NCBI GenBank assembly: GCA_039028615.1
Contig: JBCCHT010000006.1
Span: forward strand, 192,001 to 256,000
Reading direction: 5' to 3'
Origin: Myxococcota bacterium
GTDB lineage: Bacteria; Myxococcota_A; Polyangia; Nannocystales; Nannocystaceae
DNA length: 64,000 nucleotides
The notes under the pieces are model-generated. The model was not told the DNA's origin. It was given only the letters and a program-made list of their open reading frames with translations, and ran no database searches. Made by a program: the position numbers and the translations under genes. Of the stretch, positions 49,067 through 59,210 are shown one piece after another. Position 1 is the stretch's first letter, and each line of letters starts with the position of its first letter.

Positions 49067-49822
49067 TCAGGTCTTGCGACGACGCAGCAGCTCGGGACGG
49101 CCTTCGAGCGCCTTGTTGAGCTCGGCCACCTCTTCGGGCTTCACGTAGCTCAGGCTCGTCGCGCCGGCCAGGTAGAGCTTCACGATGTGCTGCTCGCCCT
49201 CGACCACGGTCTCGAAGGACTCGCAGCGCTCGATGCTCGTCATCAGCCGCCCCATGCGTGGCGACTTGAACTTGTGCGCCTTGATCTCCCGCTTGTAGCG
49301 GAAGACCTTCTTCACCTTGAAGCCCTGCGTGCCCTCGGCGCGGGTGAACGAGTCGACCACGTCGTTGAGCCGCGAGTTCATCGCGTTGTTCTGCTGACGC
49401 AGCTCGTTGTGCTCGAGGTCGCTGATGTCGGCATCGTGATGCCCCATCACCGTTTGCTCCTCGAGCTCACCGTTGTCGACGGCCCACTTTCGGCACTCGA
49501 CCTGAACCCGGCGCCGATGGAAGAGCGACGCCACCGTCTTGAGCACGAGCAGCGGCACTTTCGCCTCGCCTTGGACCAGACGCGCCAGATCGCGAACGAT
49601 CTGGTCGTCGTGCACGCGGATCGCGAGCACGCCTTCGCCGTTGTCGAGTAGCTCGAGCGCGGTGAGCTTCTCTTCCGGGTCTTCTTCCTCCGGCGGCGCT
49701 TTGCCGGAGTAGGTCTTGGCGTAGCCCAGATGCGTGAGGGCCTTGTCCATGGCCTTCTCGAGCTTCGGCATCTTGAGCTCGCCTCGGGCCTCTATGATTC
49801 CCAATCCCCAGTGCTGAGCCAT
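49067..49822 (-). CDS. Hypothetical protein
   Basis: 251 aa, strong codon bias, GAGGG before ATG. Confidence 0.75.
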   Translation of the reverse strand: MAQHWGLGIIEARGELKMPKLEKAMDKALTHLGYAKTYSGKAPPEEEDPEEKLTALELLDNGEGVLAIRVHDDQIVRDLARLVQGEAKVPLLVLKTVASLFHRRRVQVECRKWAVDNGELEEQTVMGHHDADISDLEHNELRQQNNAMNSRLNDVVDSFTRAEGTQGFKVKKVFRYKREIKAHKFKSPRMGRLMTSIERCESFETVVEGEQHIVKLYLAGATSLSYVKPEEVAELNKALEGRPELLRRRKT

Positions 49823-50166
49823 GAGTCCCTCGTCGGGCGCCGAGTATGGCACAGGCCCCCTGGTCGGGAAAAATCGCCAAAAACTGGCCCCTCCACGGGG
49901 GGCTACGGCACGGTGGCCGCATGCCCACCCTCCGACACATCGACGAGCTGCTCGGTAACGCCTGGGCCTGGGACGAGGACGACGACGAGCCCGAGGGCCG
50001 CGCCACGGACGAAGAGCCCGGCTCCCGGACCGACGACTGCCCCTAAAAGGCGTTCTACTGCGGTTTCCCGGGGGTTTGGCCCGCGCGATTCCGCTGACCG
50101 CGCGCATCCCGGCTCGCCCCCGTGGCGCGAACGCGTCATCATTGAGGTTCGCCCCGAGGCACGCCC

Positions 50167-50676
50167 ATGGCCAAGGCCCAGCTCCCCGTCTTCATCACCC
50201 CCGAGGGGTACGCCAAGCTCCAAGCCGAGGCGGACCACCTGTGGAAGGTGGAGCGGCCCAAGGTCACACGTGAAGTCGAGGCCGCGGCCGCCCTGGGCGA
50301 TCGCTCCGAGAACGCGGAATACAAGTACGGAAAGCGGCGGCTCCGAGAGATCGACAGCCGGATGCTCTTTCTCAAGCGCCGCATGGAGAAGCTCAAGGTC
50401 ATCCATCCCGCGGCTCAAGCCGCCGCGGGCACGGACAAGGCGGGCTTCGGCGCCTGGGTGACCATCGAAGACGACGACGGGGCTCGGTTCTGCTATCGGC
50501 TGGTCGGACCCGACGAGCCCGATCCCGACAACGGGCACATCAGCATCCGCTCGCCGGTCGGTGCCGCCCTGCTGGGCAAGCACATCGACGACGAGGTGGA
50601 GGTCCGACGCCCGCGCGGCGAGGCCTACTACACCATCGTGTCCGTCGCGTACGGCGAGCGCCCCCCCGACGTCTAG
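50167..50676 (+). CDS. greB: Transcription elongation factor GreB
   Basis: ITPEGY, LWKVERP, LGDRSENAEY, RRLREID, ISIRSPVGAALLGK. Confidence 0.9.
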   Translation: MAKAQLPVFITPEGYAKLQAEADHLWKVERPKVTREVEAAAALGDRSENAEYKYGKRRLREIDSRMLFLKRRMEKLKVIHPAAQAAAGTDKAGFGAWVTIEDDDGARFCYRLVGPDEPDPDNGHISIRSPVGAALLGKHIDDEVEVRRPRGEAYYTIVSVAYGERPPDV

Positions 50677-50691
50677 AGCCCTCGAGGCCGA

Positions 50692-53600
50692 CTAGAGCGC
50701 TTCCGCGAACGCTCGCGCGAACTCCATCGGGTAGGGTCGATCGGCGGGGTTCATGGCCGTCGCCGCGCGCAGCAGCTTGGCGACCTCGGTCGGGTAGACC
50801 CGCAGCGGGCTGTCGTCCTCGAAGGGGTCGCGCTGCATGTGGGCGAGGATGCGATCGCGGTAGTTCTCGACGTCCTCGAAGAACGAGCGCCCGGTGGTGA
50901 CGTTGAAGATGGTCCCCGCCAGCGCGTAGACGTCGGCGCGCGGGTCGAGCTCGACGGGATCGAGCACCTGCTCGGGAGCGATATAGCCCACGGTGCCCGC
51001 CACGAAGCGGCCGCCGACATCGGGCGCGACCTTGGCCGCCCGCACCATGCCGAAGTCGATGACCACCGTGGACAGCGGCGCGGCCACGGCTGGGTCGCGG
51101 TGCTTGGCCGGGTCGAAGCGCTCACCGCCTTGCAGCGGCAGCCGCAGCCACAGGTTGGCCGGCTTGATGTCGCGATGGATGAGCCCCGCGGTGTGCAGCG
51201 CCGACAGCCCCGCGCAGGTGTCGAGCACCACCTTGCGCAGCTCGAATAGCGACATCTTGCGCGCCGCCGCGTACTGCTTGAGGTCGGCCCCGATGAGGTA
51301 CTCGAGCACGAGATAGGGGGAGCCGTTGGAGACCCCGCGATCGATGATGTTGGCGACGTTGGGGTGATAAAGGCCCGCCAGCGCGGCCGCCTCTTCCACG
51401 AACGAAGCCAAGATGCCCTCGCGTTCGAAGTCCGAGGCGGCCTCGAGCGCCTCGACCTTGGGGATCTTGAGCACGAAGAGCCGATCGGCGCCGGGCTTGC
51501 GGACGAGCCACACCGTGCCCACGCCGCCTTCGCCGAGCGACTTGACCAGCTCGTACCCCTCGATGACGGTGATCTCTTTTTTCGCCTTGGGCGGGGGCGG
51601 AGGCGTACGCGAGATGGCGCCGCGAATCGCCGCATCGACCAGGGCCGAGACCACCGGGCCGAGCGAGGCCAGCCACACCTCGACGATGGAGGGATCGCGG
51701 GCGGAGATGGCCCGCGCCACCAAGCTGGCGACACGCGGCGCGTTGGGGGCCGCGTCGCGGGTCAACGAGTCCGGCATCTCGCCGCCGGGCTCGGCCGTGT
51801 GCAGCGCCTTGACGGGGTCGGCCAGGGCACGGACCAGGCGATCGGAGGCGAGCACCAGCTCGACGCACAGCCCCTCGAGGCCCGCGCTTCGCCCCACCGC
51901 CCCGGAGAAGCCTCCGATGGCGCGCGACAGGCCCACCAAGGCCTGCGCGAGCTCGGTCTCGGCGGCGTGCAACGAGTGCAACGCGGCCTCGGCTTGCAGG
52001 ATCCAGTCGGGATTGGCCGCCCCCGCCGACACGGCCGTGCGCAGCACCTCGGCCCGATCGCAGCACGAGGCCAGCGCATCGTCGTCGACCATGGGCAGCG
52101 CGTTGGCCAGTCGCCGCAGCACGGCGGGGCGATCGACGACCAGCGCCCACCAAGCGGCAAAGGGCCCCAGCCACTCTTCGTCGTCGTCATCGATGCCGCG
52201 GGTCGTGCCGCGGGTGGTGTCGACCAGCCGCCAGAACACGTCGCTGAGCGCTCGCTCGAGCACGGGCGGGAAGGTCCGCGAGCCATCGGACAGCCCCTCG
52301 AGCTTACGGAGCCACCGACAGGTGTGGTGCGCCGTCTTGCCGTCGGTGCGATGGTCGGTGGTGCAGGGGTTGGACCCCGCGTCGAGGGCATAGCCGCCGA
52401 GGGTCAGCGCCAGTACTTCGAGCGGAACGTCGACGTGCAGCTCGGCTCCGTCGTCGCGCCGACGCTGCCGTACGACCTCGAGGATCTCGGCCGGCATCTG
52501 CAAGATGGCCGTGCGGGCGTCCTCGGGCTGCTGCACCTCGACCGCCTCGCCGCGGGGGTTGGTGGCCAACAGCGGCGCCCACAGCCCGAGCGCGAAGGCC
52601 CGCGTACAGGCGACCAACGAGTTCATGGCGGCGGCGCGATGCCGCGGCCGGTCGGTGCTCATCGAGATGCGATGGGTCTCGACGATCGCGGGGCCGAGCG
52701 CGGCGGCGAAACGAGCCGCCCGGGCGTCCGCCTCCTCGTCGTCGTACTGCGCCGCGATGCGCACCAGGTTGTCCATGCCGCGCTCGAGATCCAGCGGGTC
52801 GCGCTCGGCTCCGTCGAGCACGTCGGTGATCGCGATGACCTCGATCCAGCCTCGCAGGTCCTCGGGGCTCGACGAGGGCGGGAAGCGAGCGATGTCGCGA
52901 AGCGCCCGCAGCGGGCTCGCCACGGGGTCGTTGGTGTTGCCGCCCCGCCACAGCGCCGCCAGACCGCGGGCCAACGAAGCCGCCGCCAGCGGGCCGCCGT
53001 CGCCGTCGAGGATGCGCGTGCACAGCCGCGTCCAGATGTCGTTGCGCTCGTGGAACAGATACGGCGTGGCCGCGGCCGCGGCCGCCAGGACCCAGGGATC
53101 TTCGTCGGGCGACGACACGATGGCGCGCAGCTGCCCCGCCATGAACCCCAGGCGCTCGGCGGGCACCGAGGCCAGCGCGGTGATGGCCCGCTGCCGCAGC
53201 ACCTTGGTCTCGCCGTTGACCCAGTCGAGCAGCATGCCTTGGAGCTGCTCCATCGGCCCGAGCAAGCGCCCGAGCGCCCGAGCGGCGTGCACCCAGACCA
53301 TCGGCTCGGGATGCAGCAACAGGGGCTGGAGGGCGGCGAGCGTGGGCGCGAGCGGATCGCTCGGGCCCGACGTGGGCATGCCGCTCACGCTGATCTCCAG
53401 CCCGCGCGCCGCGAGCACGCGTCCCCGCAGCGAGCCGAAGGCCGGGCGCGAGATCATCGTGTCGAAGGTCGACGGCGAGCCCCACATCCACGGGCCGAGC
53501 TCCGGCACATGCAGCGCGGTGGCCCCGGCCTCCCACACCAGGATCTCGAGCCGGGCACGAACTTGGGCGTGCTCGTCCCGGTCGATCTGCGCTCCGTCGC

Positions 53601-54006
53601 CGAAGAGCGGAGCGCACCGCAGCGCATCGAGCAACGGCCCGGCCACCACGCGATCGCCTGCCGCCGCGGCGACCCGCGGCGCCAGCTCGGGGTGCTCGGC
53701 CGCCCGCTCGAGCAAGGGCGCGATGCGAGGCTGAGCCCGCCATGCGCTCGCCGAGCACCACGCCAAGATCGTCGACCCGCCCGGCCCGGCCAAAAGCGGC
53801 AGTAGGCCCGCAATGCCATCGTCGGTCTGACTCCGCTCGGGGATCTGTTGCGACAACACCGTCGCCGCCTTGGCCAGGTCACCGCTCAGCGCTCCCGGGC
53901 GCGGCGATGCGGTACGCCACCACGCGCGCACCTCCTCTTCGAGCTGGGGCGAACGAGTGACCGCCTCGGTCAGGGTTTCTACGGCCGTTTCGAGCTCGCC
54001 CACCAT
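50692..54006 (-). CDS. Large protein with C-terminal Ser/Thr kinase and ~800-aa helical N-terminal region
   Basis: LGEGGVGTVW, HRDIKPAN, DFG, YIAPEQ in last ~290 aa; Ala/Leu-rich N-terminus, no signal peptide. Confidence 0.88.
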   Translation of the reverse strand: MVGELETAVETLTEAVTRSPQLEEEVRAWWRTASPRPGALSGDLAKAATVLSQQIPERSQTDDGIAGLLPLLAGPGGSTILAWCSASAWRAQPRIAPLLERAAEHPELAPRVAAAAGDRVVAGPLLDALRCAPLFGDGAQIDRDEHAQVRARLEILVWEAGATALHVPELGPWMWGSPSTFDTMISRPAFGSLRGRVLAARGLEISVSGMPTSGPSDPLAPTLAALQPLLLHPEPMVWVHAARALGRLLGPMEQLQGMLLDWVNGETKVLRQRAITALASVPAERLGFMAGQLRAIVSSPDEDPWVLAAAAAATPYLFHERNDIWTRLCTRILDGDGGPLAAASLARGLAALWRGGNTNDPVASPLRALRDIARFPPSSSPEDLRGWIEVIAITDVLDGAERDPLDLERGMDNLVRIAAQYDDEEADARAARFAAALGPAIVETHRISMSTDRPRHRAAAMNSLVACTRAFALGLWAPLLATNPRGEAVEVQQPEDARTAILQMPAEILEVVRQRRRDDGAELHVDVPLEVLALTLGGYALDAGSNPCTTDHRTDGKTAHHTCRWLRKLEGLSDGSRTFPPVLERALSDVFWRLVDTTRGTTRGIDDDDEEWLGPFAAWWALVVDRPAVLRRLANALPMVDDDALASCCDRAEVLRTAVSAGAANPDWILQAEAALHSLHAAETELAQALVGLSRAIGGFSGAVGRSAGLEGLCVELVLASDRLVRALADPVKALHTAEPGGEMPDSLTRDAAPNAPRVASLVARAISARDPSIVEVWLASLGPVVSALVDAAIRGAISRTPPPPPKAKKEITVIEGYELVKSLGEGGVGTVWLVRKPGADRLFVLKIPKVEALEAASDFEREGILASFVEEAAALAGLYHPNVANIIDRGVSNGSPYLVLEYLIGADLKQYAAARKMSLFELRKVVLDTCAGLSALHTAGLIHRDIKPANLWLRLPLQGGERFDPAKHRDPAVAAPLSTVVIDFGMVRAAKVAPDVGGRFVAGTVGYIAPEQVLDPVELDPRADVYALAGTIFNVTTGRSFFEDVENYRDRILAHMQRDPFEDDSPLRVYPTEVAKLLRAATAMNPADRPYPMEFARAFAEAL

Positions 54007-54042
54007 GCGTTGGGCGTAGCGTACCCCGAACCGGCGGCCGAA

Positions 54043-56640
54043 TCAGCCGACGATGGCCCGCAACCGGAGTAAGGGCTCGTCGACCGCATCGGGCTCGCGC
54101 AGGTCGACCTCCGCCTGCACGCGCCACGGCGAGGGCCCTTGGGGGCCCACCAGCGTGTGCTCGACCGACCACCGTCGCTCGCCCGCCGACTCGATCTTGG
54201 TCAGCGCAGGGGCCCGGGCCTCGGCCCCGAAATGCAGCGTTCCTTCTTCCTCGAACACCGGTTCCAGCGCTTTTTCGAGGCGCTCCACCGTCCACGCGTC
54301 GTCGGGATCGACGGCCAGACCGACCAGCGCTTCTTCGTGGTCGCCCATCGCCATCGCCTTGGCCACCGCGTGCAGCTCGGCGCGAACGCGGGCCGTCAAC
54401 GCCTTTTTGTCCTTGGCCAGGTCGTAGGGCTCGGGCTCGGCCTCTTCTTCCACCTCGGCGTCCGACTCGCCGGGCTCCGGGCCGCCCTTCAAGATCCGCT
54501 CCCACTCGCTGACCAGGCTCGAGTCCACCCGCGCGAGCATGGCCCGCAAGAACGCGATCACGTCCTCGACCTCTTGGTTGTGATAACTGACGGGGACGTT
54601 CTGCAGCAGGGTCTTGTAGGTCTGGCTCAGGTAGCGCAGCAGCACGCCTTCGATACGGCCGAGCCCGTACTCCTTGACGTACTCGTTGAAGCTGGCGAAG
54701 CGCTCCTGCATGTCGCGGGCGACCGACTTGGGGGCGACGTTCTCGCCCCGTACCCACGGGTGCCCGGTCCGAAACTCGTCGAAGGTCCGATAGATGAGGT
54801 CGGCCAGCGGCTTGGGGTAGTCCGCCTTCTCGAGCTCGGTCATGCGGTCTTCGTACTCGACGCCTTCTTGCTTGAGGCGCGCCACGAGCTCGCCCTTGAC
54901 GTAGTCGAGCTGGCGCATGAGCACCGCCCGCGGGTTCTCGAGGATCGACTCGACCAGGCTGAGCACGTCGAGCCCGAAGCCCTCCGACTCGGCGTCGAGC
55001 TGCGCCAGCGCCTCGAGCAGGTACAGCGACAGCGTGTGGTGGAGCGAGAAGTCGCGCTGCAGGCCCGGGCTCACCCGCACGCAGCGTCGCGGCCAGCCCT
55101 CGGGGCGCTCGACCTCGATGATCTCGGCCTCCCGCAGGTGTCGAAACAGCATCGCCGCCTGTCGACGATGCCGCTTGCGGGCCCCCGAGCGCTCGTAGGA
55201 CCGCCCGATGATCTCGATGATCGTCTTGTACCCGCCGTGGGGCTGATCGACGTTGAACTCGCGATCGAGCACCGTCATCAGCATGCCGTGCGTGACCGAG
55301 AACCGGGACTCGAGCGCCTCCGGGTCGGACTCGATCAGCTTTTGGAAGGTGTGCTCGTCCCAGGGCACGTAGCCGCGCTCGGGCGGCTTCTTTCGCACGA
55401 AGCGCTTCTTGTTGCCCTTGCCCGCCGCCGCCTTGGCCTCGAGCTTCTTGTTCTCGATGACGTGCTCGGGCGCCTGAGCCAGCACCCAGCCGTGATCGTC
55501 GAAGCCCTTGCGACCGGCTCGACCCGCGATCTGCTTGAAGTCCCGCACCGCCAAGATGCGCACCTTCTCGCCGTCGAACTTGCACAGCTTGGTGAACAGC
55601 ACGGAGCGAATGGGCACGTTGACGCCCACGCCGAGCGTGTCGGTGCCCGAGATGATCTTGAGCAATCCCTGCTGCGACAGGCGCTCGACCAAGGTGCGGT
55701 ACTTGGGCAGCAGGCCCGCGTGGTGCAGGCCGATCCCGTGGTGGAGGAAGCGCTTGATGTCCTTGCCGTAGTGGGTATCGAAGCGAAAGTTGCCGATCAC
55801 CTTGGCGATCGCCCGCTTCTCTTCCTTGGTGCACAGGTTCACGCTGGTGAGGTTCTGCGCCTGCTCGGCCGCCTCGCGCTGGGTGAAGTTCACCACGTAC
55901 ACGGGGGCTCGACCGGCTGCGGCCAAGTCCCCGATGGTCTCGTGGAGCGGCGTCTCGCGGTACTCGAACTCGAGCGGCACCGGGCGCTGGCGCGAGCGCA
56001 CCACCGTGACCGGCTTGCCCGTGAACGCCTCGATCTGCCGTTCGAACTCCCCGACGTTGCCCAGCGTCGCCGACATCAACAAGAAGGTCGCGTGAGGCAT
56101 GGTCAATAGCGGCAGCTGCCACGCCATGCCCCGATCTGCGTCGCTGTAGTAGTGGAACTCATCCATCACCACGATGTCGGTCGAGGTGTACGCCCCGTCG
56201 CGGAGGGCCTGGTTCGCCAAAATCTCGGCGGTGCAGCACTGCACGGGCGCGCGCGGGTTGATCGACGCGTCACCCGTCATCATTCCGACGTTTTGCGCCC
56301 CGAGCTGTCGGCACAAGTCGAAGAACTTCTCGCTCACCAGCGCCTTGATGGGGCTGGTGTAGGCGCTGCGCTTGCCTTGGCACAGCGCCTTGAAGTGCAG
56401 CGCCAGGGCGACCATCGACTTGCCCGACCCGGTCGGAGTGGCGAGCACCAAGTGCTGCCCGCCCATGAGCTCCAAGATCGCCTCTTCCTGGGCGTCATAA
56501 AGGTCGATCCCCCGCTGGCCTACCCACTCGAGGAAGCGCTCGAGGATTTCGTCTCCGTCGAGCGTGCCTTCGGTCGGGAGGTACTGCTCGAGGGTGGCTG
56601 CGTCAGCGGAGGGCGGCACAGGGGGCTGAGCGTATCTCAC
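54043..56640 (-). CDS. Ski2/HelY-like DExH RNA helicase (DUF3516-type)
   Basis: [48 protein letters not shown]. Confidence 0.93.
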   Translation of the reverse strand: MRYAQPPVPPSADAATLEQYLPTEGTLDGDEILERFLEWVGQRGIDLYDAQEEAILELMGGQHLVLATPTGSGKSMVALALHFKALCQGKRSAYTSPIKALVSEKFFDLCRQLGAQNVGMMTGDASINPRAPVQCCTAEILANQALRDGAYTSTDIVVMDEFHYYSDADRGMAWQLPLLTMPHATFLLMSATLGNVGEFERQIEAFTGKPVTVVRSRQRPVPLEFEYRETPLHETIGDLAAAGRAPVYVVNFTQREAAEQAQNLTSVNLCTKEEKRAIAKVIGNFRFDTHYGKDIKRFLHHGIGLHHAGLLPKYRTLVERLSQQGLLKIISGTDTLGVGVNVPIRSVLFTKLCKFDGEKVRILAVRDFKQIAGRAGRKGFDDHGWVLAQAPEHVIENKKLEAKAAAGKGNKKRFVRKKPPERGYVPWDEHTFQKLIESDPEALESRFSVTHGMLMTVLDREFNVDQPHGGYKTIIEIIGRSYERSGARKRHRRQAAMLFRHLREAEIIEVERPEGWPRRCVRVSPGLQRDFSLHHTLSLYLLEALAQLDAESEGFGLDVLSLVESILENPRAVLMRQLDYVKGELVARLKQEGVEYEDRMTELEKADYPKPLADLIYRTFDEFRTGHPWVRGENVAPKSVARDMQERFASFNEYVKEYGLGRIEGVLLRYLSQTYKTLLQNVPVSYHNQEVEDVIAFLRAMLARVDSSLVSEWERILKGGPEPGESDAEVEEEAEPEPYDLAKDKKALTARVRAELHAVAKAMAMGDHEEALVGLAVDPDDAWTVERLEKALEPVFEEEGTLHFGAEARAPALTKIESAGERRWSVEHTLVGPQGPSPWRVQAEVDLREPDAVDEPLLRLRAIVG

Positions 56641-56709
56641 AACCCCGCGACGTCGTCATCCGCGAGCCCCCCCGGACTCGCGGAAGCACCACGGAATTGA
56701 CGTTGCCTT

Positions 56710-56964
56710 CGAAAAGGGACTGGGCCCGTCTCGGGGGAGAGACGAGCCCAGGTGGGGATTGAGCCTCGCGTCGGGGGAGATACGAGGTCTCTTCGGGGAT
56801 GGCCTCCGAACTCGGGGGAGAGGGAGGAGGCCGGGGTCGAACTCGGGAACCGGGGAGAACCCGAGTCGGACGAAGTGGGGAAGACTTGGGGTCGGGCGGC
56901 TCACGCGCCCCGGAGGGGAACCGGGGGCGGGGGAAGTAGGGGAAGGCGGAGCCTGCCCGACCCC
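56710..56964 (-). ncRNA. Candidate structured RNA: tandem hairpins with UCCCC loops ending in a terminator-like stem
   Basis: Stems at 56720-56751, 56761-56791, 56801-56832, 56841-56866, 56888-56964; loops GGGGGA/GGGGA on + strand; AAAA at 56712-56715. Confidence 0.6.
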
Positions 56965-56970
56965 GGCGGA

Positions 56971-57849
56971 CTACTCGAGGTCGTACTGCTTGAGCTTGCG
57001 GTACAGAGTGGTCTTGCCGATGTGCAGCAGTCGAGCGGCCTTGCGCTTGTTGCCGCGGGCGTAGCTCAGCGCGCGACGGATGGCTTGCTTCTCGGCCTCT
57101 TCGAGGCAGAGCTGACGCTCGGGCGACTCGGCGCGAGTCTGGTGCACGTCGCGAACGCGAAGCTTGGCCGGAAGGTCGCGAAGCTCGATCTGCTCCGACG
57201 CACCGGCTGCGATGGCGTGGACCATGACCTCTTCGAGCTCGTCGACGTTGCCGGGCCAGGGGTAGCTGCGCAGGCAGTCGAGGGCGTTGTCGGCGATGCC
57301 ACCGATGGGGCGTCGGGTGGGCGTGCGCCGGATGATGTCCATGGCCAGCAGCTCGAGGTCTTCGATGCGCTCGGCCAAGGTCGGCACGTCGATGCGAACT
57401 CCGCTGGCCCAGCGAACGATCTGCGGGTGAAGGCGGTTGCGGCCTTCCTCGCTCTCGGGGCGAAGCTGAGTGCCGATGACGATGCGGCCGAGGCCGGTCA
57501 GCGCGGGAAGGCGAGCTTGCTCTTCGAGGGGGAGGTCTTCGAGATCGCCGAGGTAGGTGAACCCACCGAGACCAACGAGGCGCGACTGCTGGTCGCAGGC
57601 GCGGATGACCTCGAGCGCGGGGGACTCACCTCCACTAAAGTGGTGAAGGACCCGGGCGATGGTCTCTCGACCGGTGCCCGTGGCTCCGACCAACAAAACA
57701 GGGAGGTTGCTCCGAACGGCGCGATGCACCAACGCCTGCACACGGCGAGACGCAGGCGCGTGGCCTACGAACACCGGAGGCGGAGTACGAATCCGCGCCT
57801 CGGCAATGTTGTCGGAGAACGATGGGGAGAAATGATCGGCGATTTGCAT
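56971..57849 (-). CDS. Degenerate sigma54-activator-like (AAA+/Fis-HTH) regulator
   Basis: VLLVGATGTGRE, YPWPGNVDELE, GNKRKAARLLHIGKTTLYRKL; no GAFTGA, no receiver domain. Confidence 0.88.
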   Translation of the reverse strand: MQIADHFSPSFSDNIAEARIRTPPPVFVGHAPASRRVQALVHRAVRSNLPVLLVGATGTGRETIARVLHHFSGGESPALEVIRACDQQSRLVGLGGFTYLGDLEDLPLEEQARLPALTGLGRIVIGTQLRPESEEGRNRLHPQIVRWASGVRIDVPTLAERIEDLELLAMDIIRRTPTRRPIGGIADNALDCLRSYPWPGNVDELEEVMVHAIAAGASEQIELRDLPAKLRVRDVHQTRAESPERQLCLEEAEKQAIRRALSYARGNKRKAARLLHIGKTTLYRKLKQYDLE

Positions 57850-57887
57850 CGGGGGCTTCCGCTCTCGCGAGGGGTTTCCTGCAACCG

Positions 57888-57902
57888 GCATGCGAGATGC
57901 CA
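57888..57902 (-). promoter_or_regulatory. Putative sigma54 (-24/-12) promoter TGGCATCTCGCATGC
   Basis: GG-N10-GC spacing, about 40 bp upstream of ATG 57849. Confidence 0.6.
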
Positions 57903-58214
57903 CTAGGAACGCCGAAGATCCGTATTTTCAACGATTTGCCGGCGATGCGCGACTTTGTCTAGTGTCAAAGTAGTGTTTACCCTTAGTAAAACCGTCATGA
58001 TGATGGCGGCTTGGGCCACCAACGACCACCCAAGGCCCAATGTCGGACAAAAAATCGTCAGGGGTTTGGCACCCGAGTTCCCGTTCGAGCCACGGGACTC
58101 TGACGGTCCGCTTTCGGATCGAGATCGTCCCGCATTGAGATCCCGACCACGCGGCTGGCGCCGGCACGGATCGATCGCTTGCGCCAGGAGCAGGGACCCG
58201 GCAAAAGGTGCGTC

Positions 58215-59063
58215 ATGTCGAAGGCCGACGAAGCCGAGCTGAGCACTTTGCGCACCCGCGTCAATGCCGCGTGGGAAGACCGAGCCTTGCTCGAGGACGA
58301 CGATCACCGAGCCGCTGTGCGACGGACGATCGCCCTGCTCGACGCCGGCTCGATCCGGGTCGCGTCCCCTCCCGCCGAAGACGGTGGCGACTGGGCGGTG
58401 CACATCTGGATCAAGCAGGCGATCGTTCTCTACTTCATTACTCAGAAGCTGCGGACCGATAACGTCGGCCCCTTCGAGTACTACGACAAGATCCCGCTGG
58501 GACGAGACTGGGCGCAAGCCGGCGTCCGCGTGGTGCCTCCCGCGACGGCGCGGTATGGCGCGTTCATCGAGTCGGGCTGCGTGCTCATGCCCAGCTACGT
58601 CAACGTCGGTGCCTATATTGGTACGGGCACGATGGTCGACACCTGGGCCACGGTGGGCAGCTGCGCCCAGATCGGTCGCAACGTGCACCTGTCGGGCGGC
58701 GTGGGCATCGGTGGTGTGCTCGAGCCCCCCGGAGCCACCCCGGTCATCATCGAGGACGGCTGTTTCGTGGGCTCCCGCGCCATCGTGGTCGAGGGCGTCC
58801 GCCTCGAGCGTGAGGTGGTCCTCGGCGCCAACGTCGTCATCACCGCGTCCACGCCCATCATCGACGTCACTGGCGAGGAGCCGGTGACGTACAAGGGCCG
58901 AGTGCCCGCGCGAAGCGTGGTCATCCCGGGCACCCGACCCAAGAAGTTCCCCGCGGGGGAGTACCAGGTTGCCTGCGCCCTCATCATCGGACGACGCAAA
59001 GAGAGCACCGATCAGCGCACCAGCCTCAACGATGCGCTGCGGACCTTCGACGTCCAGGTGTAG
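58215..59063 (+). CDS. dapD: Tetrahydrodipicolinate N-succinyltransferase
   Basis: YYDKIP, RVVPPATARYGAFI, MVDTWATVGSCAQIGRNVHLSGGVGIGGVLEP. Confidence 0.97.
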   Translation: MSKADEAELSTLRTRVNAAWEDRALLEDDDHRAAVRRTIALLDAGSIRVASPPAEDGGDWAVHIWIKQAIVLYFITQKLRTDNVGPFEYYDKIPLGRDWAQAGVRVVPPATARYGAFIESGCVLMPSYVNVGAYIGTGTMVDTWATVGSCAQIGRNVHLSGGVGIGGVLEPPGATPVIIEDGCFVGSRAIVVEGVRLEREVVLGANVVITASTPIIDVTGEEPVTYKGRVPARSVVIPGTRPKKFPAGEYQVACALIIGRRKESTDQRTSLNDALRTFDVQV

Positions 59064-59210
59064 CGACCGGGGCAAAACGCTCGCAGGGCGGGCGGACGGG
59101 GGCCGCATCACGCAACGACACGGGCTGCGGTGCGTCCCCTCTGCTACGATGAACTCACCGTCGATGACTCGCGTTCATCAGCCGTCCGCATCGCCTCGGG
59201 GGACTCGCTC

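Noticed and set aside
49921..50046. 41-aa acidic ORF MPTLRHIDELLGNAWAW...
   Set aside because: Plausible codons but no clear SD and too short to support without homology or ribosome profiling
58066..58082. sigma54 promoter for dapD (TGGCACCCGAGTTCC)
   Set aside because: Lacks the conserved GC at -12
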